From assembly GCA_001949185.1 (NCBI GenBank), contig BDGG01000019.1, forward strand, positions 411,770 to 475,769: a stretch of 64,000 nt of DNA, written 5' to 3'. Made by a program: the position numbers and the translations under genes. Positions 61,966 through 64,000 of the stretch are shown one piece after another; the first letter of the stretch is position 1; every line of letters starts with the position of its first letter. This DNA comes from Ramazzottius varieornatus. Lineage: Eukaryota; Animalia; Tardigrada. The notes under the pieces are model-generated. The model was not told the origin of the DNA. It worked only from the letters and a program-made list of their open reading frames with translations, and searched no databases.

Positions 61966-63003
61966 ATGGCGGAGTCGACAAAGAAGAAGCGTGGTCGACC
62001 ACCGAAGAAATCTGCTGCCGACAAAGAAGCCGAGAGGATGGAGAAAGAAACTTCCGCGAAGACTGCAGTGGATTATCAGTCGCGTATGGATACGCAGCTC
62101 TTGCGTGTTACCAGTAAAGAAAATCCATTCCGTCACAGCCTAAACAAGCGTAAGGAAAGCTGGTGCTTGATAGCCGGGGAGATGACTGACCACTTCAAAG
62201 GTGAAACCTTCGACGATCGCCGTTGCAGGGAAAGAGTCAAGGTGTTGATGAAAGCTCGTCGTATCGATTCGGAAAAGAAAGTTACAGGAGTCGGATCGCT
62301 TGTCCTGTCTGAAGTAGACACCTTACTGAACAGCCTTATCGAACAAGAAGACTTTACTACGAACAATGCCAGCGCTGAGAAGGAGAAGGAAGAGCAAAGC
62401 AAAGTGCTGGTACAGACCATTCAGAAAGATGCCTTGGCCACCATCAAAAAGCGCACTGTCTTGATTAACGGTATGTGTTGATTGATTGGTTTGAGCTTTG
62501 ATTCATCATGTGTTATACAATATAGTAATCACCCCAGTTCACAGTATGCTCAGCATATGAGTCCCTCGATTTCTACTCACAAAGTACCATACTTTTCAAA
62601 TTTTGTTTCTGCGTTTAGAGTCGGACACAGCGGATGAACAGGACGGTGGCTCACCAGTGAGAAAGAAACCAAGCCCAAAGAAGTTACATCTAGTTGCGCC
62701 GTACAAGAAACGTAAAACGGAACCTGTCGACGAATACTTGGAACTTAAGAAAGCGCAGCAAGTGAAGGAACTAGAAATCAAGCTGGAGATGCATCGCGAA
62801 ACGATGCTGGACAACGCTGCTGAACGGAGTGTCCGAAGAGAACTGCTGGAATTTGACAGGGACAAGCTGCGGATGGAAGACGCTGAAAAGGCACGATGAT
62901 TTGAACTGGAAAAGCAGGAACGAGAAAGGCGATTTGAGCTGGAGAAAGAAGATCGCAACAGGCAATTTGAATTCATGCGTGAAGTTATGATGAGCAAGAA
63001 GTA
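61966..63003 (+). CDS. Harbinger Myb/SANT-like DNA-binding protein with AT-hook and coiled-coil tail (premature TGA)
   Basis: KRGRPPK, ENPF..KESWCLIA..DRRCRERVKVL. Intron ~62471-62619. TGA at 62897-62899 interrupts the E/K/R-rich tail, which continues in frame to 63003. Confidence 0.8.
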
Positions 63004-63029
63004 GTGCTTTATTTTTGCATACCGAATTT

Positions 63030-64000
63030 TCAGTTGTCATCCGTGGGGTAGTTCTCTAAGTACTGTAGTAATGTTGGCGGTTCGACGGAGAAGTGGTTAG
63101 ATGTTTGAGATCCATTCAGGCAAGTGTGGCAATTTGTTAGCAAAGTAGAAACCTTGAAGTACATTCCGAGAGGTTGTACGCCTAGCTTCAAGTCTTCCGG
63201 ATAATTATTAAACGCGAACAATGTTCCTATCTTTCCGAAGCCCCACTCAACTGAAACCCTCAGCGTCTTCATTGCTGCATTGCATGCTAGTTCCAACGGA
63301 GAAGCGTTGAACCTGATGGGACCGATGACTTGAGGTGTGGATTTGTAAGCTTGATCACCGTACAGGTAAAATCCACTTTCAAGTGTAGGAGTCCATATTG
63401 GACTTTCTCGCATTTGAGTAAGAATTTGACTTCGGTACAACAGTTTTGCATCATGAAAGCTTCCTGGTTCTGGTCCGCACATGATGAACATGATTCCACA
63501 AGGCGCCATTACCCCGGTGTACTTCAGGTCGTGCTCCTTCTTGTATCCAGTGTAGCAGATCTTTTGGGTGGCGTAGTCTGACGGACTGCAAAACATTTTT
63601 TTTTTGCCAATGTACAACCAGGAATAGTAATAACTAATAAGAAGGAGAGACCTTACCGACAAATTTCGATATTCGTTCCATCGATAAAGCCCACACATCG
63701 ATCGTACGGTGAACCCTTCCGCGATACCGCCTGTGCCCATAACTCCAGAGTATCGGCGTCAATCCATGGTTGTACAGGAGTTTCCAGTCGCCCGCAGAAC
63801 TTGTCGTGAACGTATTTCAGAGTATGATTGAAACAGCGCGATAAAACGGTACGATTCCTGCCGAAAATCTTTTCCAGGTCACAGAGGCGATTAGGGAACG
63901 CGAGCCTCTTCAACAACAGACAAAGTGCTTCCATCCCCGGTATGATGTGATGGCTATCGGTGTACATGATGTCCGGAATCTCTAAGGCATGTGCAGCAGG
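63030..64000 (-). CDS. Harbinger DDE transposase (DDE_Tnp_4/HARBI1-like), 5' end outside window
   Basis: LLLKRLAFPNRLCDLEKIFGR, GFIDGT, YTGYKKEH, GSFHDA, YGDQAY, RVSVEWGFG, LTNCH. Intron 63656-63587. Confidence 0.93.

Larger units (their letters stand above)
61521..64000. mobile_element. PIF/Harbinger transposon (truncated by window end; left terminus approximate)
   Basis: Convergent Myb/SANT-like gene and DDE transposase, the diagnostic Harbinger pair. AAACGAA/CACGAA subterminal repeats at 61550-61670. Confidence 0.85.

Noticed and set aside
42434-62899. Stop-codon reassignment or readthrough to explain the repeated in-frame stops
   Set aside because: TAA, TAG and TGA all terminate intact genes here, and some disabled genes also have frameshifts. 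Pseudogenisation or sequence error is simpler.

Overview
Eukaryotic (invertebrate animal) genomic DNA with compact GT-AG introns. A tardigrade-like origin is plausible but is inference only. 5.6-48 kb is gene-rich. It holds three tandem intact SLC26 anion transporters (- strand), a small membrane protein, a divergent CaMKK-like kinase and a three-member orphan family; the two more complete members end in Atg8/LC3-interacting-like motifs and the third copy is decayed. It also holds a secreted Cys-rich protein, a hexa-EF-hand calbindin/calretinin-like gene, a disabled divergent DEAD-box helicase, an anti-lipopolysaccharide-factor-like secreted protein and a 3' fragment of BCKDHA. About 30 copies of a short palindromic element with a near-fixed 25-bp spacer lie in introns and intergenic gaps. 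48-64 kb is transposon- and pseudogene-rich. It contains a guanylyl cyclase relic, a disabled alpha-1,3-fucosyltransferase, several MITEs and a two-gene PIF/Harbinger element running off the right edge. It also contains a 6.3-kb hAT-type element (11-bp TIRs, perfect 8-bp TSD) with no recognisable transposase, carrying host-like cargo including a Kelch-like + papain-fold peptidase gene. 1-5.6 kb could not be assigned beyond one MITE and two palindrome copies. Exon boundaries were read by eye and are approximate.
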